NCBI GenBank assembly: GCA_963788655.1
Contig: CAWBHS010000018.1
Coordinates: 1 to 17,038 of the forward strand
Source of the DNA: an uncultured Verrucomicrobiae bacterium
GTDB lineage: Bacteria; Verrucomicrobiota; Verrucomicrobiia; Limisphaerales; JAFGQR01
Reading direction: 5' to 3'
DNA: 17,038 nt
Below the pieces are notes generated by a model. That model worked only from the letters and a program-made list of their open reading frames with translations, had not been told where the DNA came from and searched no databases. Below are positions 14,001 to 17,038 of the stretch, one piece after another. The position numbers were made by a program, and so were the translations under genes. Position 1 is the stretch's first letter, and each line of letters starts with the position of its first letter.

Positions 14001-16811
14001 CGACGGACCCGGTGGATTTGTATTGGCGTAATGGATTTCCGGGAGGAATGACTGCTCGCGTCAACGTCACGGGAGCAACACCCGAAGCGCGGGCGCGCTC
14101 GTTTGTTCGCAGTTTCAAAGATCTCTTGCGGGTGGAGAATCCGGATGCTGAGTTGCAACGAAGCGAGTCCATTCCGAAGGACTCGACGATGTCTGGCTGG
14201 CTCAGACCTATGGCGGGCTCCCCGTGTTCGGCTCGGAAATCGTCGTCTACCTGGATGGCAATGCGGTCGTCTGCCTGACCGGCAACCTCCTCCCTCCGCG
14301 GCGCTCGATGCCCTGGGATTCGATCCCACCCCCGCCCTGAGCTCGGACGAGGCGGTGGAATTGGCCAAGGCGGATCAGAACCTTCAGCAACCCACCGCGG
14401 ACCTGGCGGCGACGACTGAACTCATGGTGTACGACCAGCGTCTATTCATCGAAGCGCCGCTTGATCCCCATCTGGTTTGGAAAGTGGTGATGCGATTTTC
14501 CGACCTTGTCCACCTGGTGGACGCGCATACCGGCCAGATCGTGGCCCAGTTGGCCCAGGCGCCCTCGCACGAGTTCGACCTGGACATTCAGGACGCCGAG
14601 CACGAAGCCAACGCCAACGACGACTGGTGTTTCAACTTGAGCAGCGACACAGACGTGGCGGATGAGGACGATTTCAATTCCGACTACAACGGCGACCTGG
14701 ACGCTGTGCTGGCCAACCGTTTCGCCATCGATTGCTGGCACTACTTCGACCACCATTTCGGCTGGGGCTCCTACGACAACGACGACTCGCAACTCGAGAT
14801 TTTCATTCACACGACCATCGCTCCGGCGGTCGTGGCGCAGTGGAGCAAGCAGTGTGATCTAATCCAGTTCGCCGATGGCGCCGTGGATTACGATATTCTG
14901 GTGCATGAATTCACCCACGGCATCATCGCGAGCACCAGCGGCCTCCAATACCAGTTCCAGTCCGGCGCGCTCGATGAGAGCTACGCGGACACCATGGGCG
15001 TCATCGCCGACCGCGAACGGGGCGAAGTCGAAAGTGGCCAGCCGATCAACTGGATGATTGGCGAGGGCCGCCGGGCTCCGCAGCCGACGTTTCTGGTCCG
15101 CAATTACGATTTCCCCGGCGCTCCCCGCCCGGGTGGGCGTGGGGGGCAGCCGGACCACATGCGCAGCCTCTGCTGCATGGCCGTGGGCAGCCCAAACCAG
15201 GGTAATGATTTCGGGGGCGTTCATTCCAACAGCGGCATTCCCAATCGCGGCGGGTATTTGATGAGCGAAGGCGGCGCGACCAATGGCTTCCTGGTTCGCG
15301 GCATGGGCATGGACAAAGTCCGGCTCATGAAATTTGCGGCCATGCGGAATCTGCCGTCGAACGCCGTCTTCACCGATGCGCGCGCGCGCGAAATCGCTGC
15401 CGCGCAATGGTTCAAGGATAACGCCCAGGGCGGCTTCGTGATCGAGGACCTCTGCACGGTGCGCGACGGCTGGGCGGCGGTCGGCGTGGGTCTCGGCGAT
15501 TCCAACTGCGACGGGGTGGAGGACAACCGCCAGGACATTGATAACGATCTCATCGCCAATCGGGTGGACAATTGTCCCTCCAAGGCGAACCCGGACCAGA
15601 AGGACAGCGACGGCGATGGCCGCGGCGATGCCTGCGATAACTGCCCGTTGATGCCGAATCCCGGCCAGGAAGACCTGGACGGCGACGGCCAAGGCGACGT
15701 GTGCGACGCCGATCGTGACGGCGATGGCTGTCTGAACGCGGTGGATCAGAATCCGGACTCCAATCAACAGATCATCGGGAGTTTCCTCGGGCCTTTGTGC
15801 AATCCCCAAAGCGGGCCCATTTTCGGTTTTGCGGGGAACGATACCGACCATGACGGTATTCTGGATTGTCAGGACGAGGATGATGACGGCGACGGAATCC
15901 CCGATGCTATCGACGCCTGCCCAGTGGGCGCGCTGGCCGGCGCCACTTTAGGCCCATGCACGGTGCTCAGAGATTGCCCGCTGGTTCCCAATGATTGGTG
16001 GCGCACCTGCCTGGGCGGTGGCTGCGTCGAGTTATACTCCCGATTTGTGAACGTCATTAATCCCGACCCCACCCGGACGGTCATGATTGACACCGTCTCC
16101 ATCGTGAACCAGACCCTGTACCTGCAGCCCAACACCGGCACCTCTGTGGCCGGTCTCGCCCAGCGAATTGCGCAGGTCGGTCAGCTTGCCGCGGTCGGCC
16201 GCGCGGCGCTCAACTCCGAACCGGGCCGCGTGCGCATCGAGCTTTGGGCGCGGGCGACGGACACCACGCCGGCTCATCTGGTCGCCATTGTGGGCGAATA
16301 CGATCCGGCACTTCTGGAGCTGGGCCAGGTGGATTCCGGCCGCTTGCTGGCGCTGACTCCCGGTGGCGACGGCGTCCCGCCCACCCTGGGCGCAACTTGG
16401 CAGCCCGGCACGGACCCGGCCACGGCCAGTCAGGACAACGATAGTGATGGCATGGTGGATGGCTGGGAAATTCAGCACGGCCTCAACCCCCGAAATCCGG
16501 ACGACGCGCTCCTCGATTCCGATGGCGATGGCGTGAACAATCTGGGCGAATTCCAGGACGGCACCGATCCGAATGATCCCGCGAGTGTGTTCCGCATTCT
16601 GCGCATCGCGCGGATGGCCGGCGCCGTGCGGATTGAATTCGTGGCCACCCCGGCTCGCCGCTTCCAACTGGAACGGAGTGCCGGGTTGGGGCAATCCGAA
16701 TGGACGCCAATTGCCGAGTTGTCCGGCCGCGGCGGCATCGAGTCGCTGACGGATACCGGTCCTGCGGCTGAGAGCCAGGTGTTTTACCGGCTGAGTTCCA
16801 TGCCGGACTAA
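11017..16811 (+). CDS. Large secreted multidomain M4 (thermolysin-family) zinc metalloprotease, about 1930 aa, interrupted by frameshifts
   Basis: Signal peptide MKTSALIPLLLALAGFVGIVPSTHS-Q. HYR at about 13162-13396 (DTLPPIIQCP...CTATDAAGNVAECVFNV). Two IPT/TIG-like domains at about 13417-13940. FTP propeptide motif AQTYGGLPVFGSEIVV at about 14200, in a frame absent from the ORF track. PepSY (LVWKV...VDAHTGQI). HEFTH at 14904-14918, GALDESYAD, GGVHSNSGIPN. TSP3-like DxDxDG/DNCP repeats at about 15500-15925. DSDGMVDGWEIQHGLNP Ca-binding-like repeat and a C-terminal ...FYRL domain. Frame changes fall near 13744, 13805, 14160 and 14295, with a probable compensating pair at about 12616-12669. Confidence 0.88.
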
Positions 16812-16843
16812 AGATTCGGTATTCACCGGTCAACTGTTGAGTT

Positions 16844-17027
16844 ATGAAGAAATGGGATTTCTCGTCCTGCTGGGCTGCGTTCGGTCGCAGCCGGCTTGCG
16901 GCTGGACTCCTGGCTCATGACCGACAATCTCGTCACGGTGCGGGAATCAGAAATTGATTCCGTCCTTGGCCGGTTGCCGGACACAGCAGCGGACGCTGCG
17001 CTCAAACACACGTTTGCACTTTCATGA
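16844..17027 (+). CDS. Possible small membrane-anchored hypothetical protein (needs frameshift correction)
   Basis: Pieces MKK / MGFLVLLGCV / VAAGLRLDSWLMTDNLVTVRESEIDSVLGRLPDTAADAALKHTFALS* lie in successive frames. The last piece ends in an ATGA overlap at 17024-17027. Confidence 0.2.
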
Positions 17028-17038
17028 GCAACGTTTGT

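Noticed and set aside
16830..16840. TCAAC-T-GTTGA palindrome after the protease gene as a terminator
   Set aside because: The stem is only 5 bp with a 1-nt loop and there is no U-tract.

Overview
GC-rich bacterial DNA. Verrucomicrobiota is my inference from the protein style. The window carries many single-base indels that look like uncorrected long-read errors. The left 9.4 kb is one minus-strand signalling operon: CheB-CheR-PAS fusion -> four-helix-bundle gene -> PAS hybrid histidine kinase -> second four-helix-bundle gene -> two PAS/HisKA_3 kinases -> NarL/LuxR response regulator. All three kinases share an N-terminal 'ELRRRAE...LHELQVHQ(I/V)E' coiled-coil/PAS module. The most striking element is a cassette present twice: a four-helix-bundle gene (TIGR02436 / 23S rRNA-IVP / Avd-like) bracketed by roughly inverted 7-bp tandem-repeat arrays. 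On the sense strand these arrays read as chains of start/stop-overlapped mini-ORFs; in one copy the chain runs unbroken from the upstream gene's stop codon to the cassette gene's start codon. A 1.6-kb divergent region holds candidate operators, a REP-like hairpin and small ORFs. The right part is a frameshift-interrupted gene for a secreted protein of about 1930 aa with HYR, IPT/TIG, an internal thermolysin (M4) prodomain and catalytic domain, TSP3-like repeats and a C-terminal FYRL domain.
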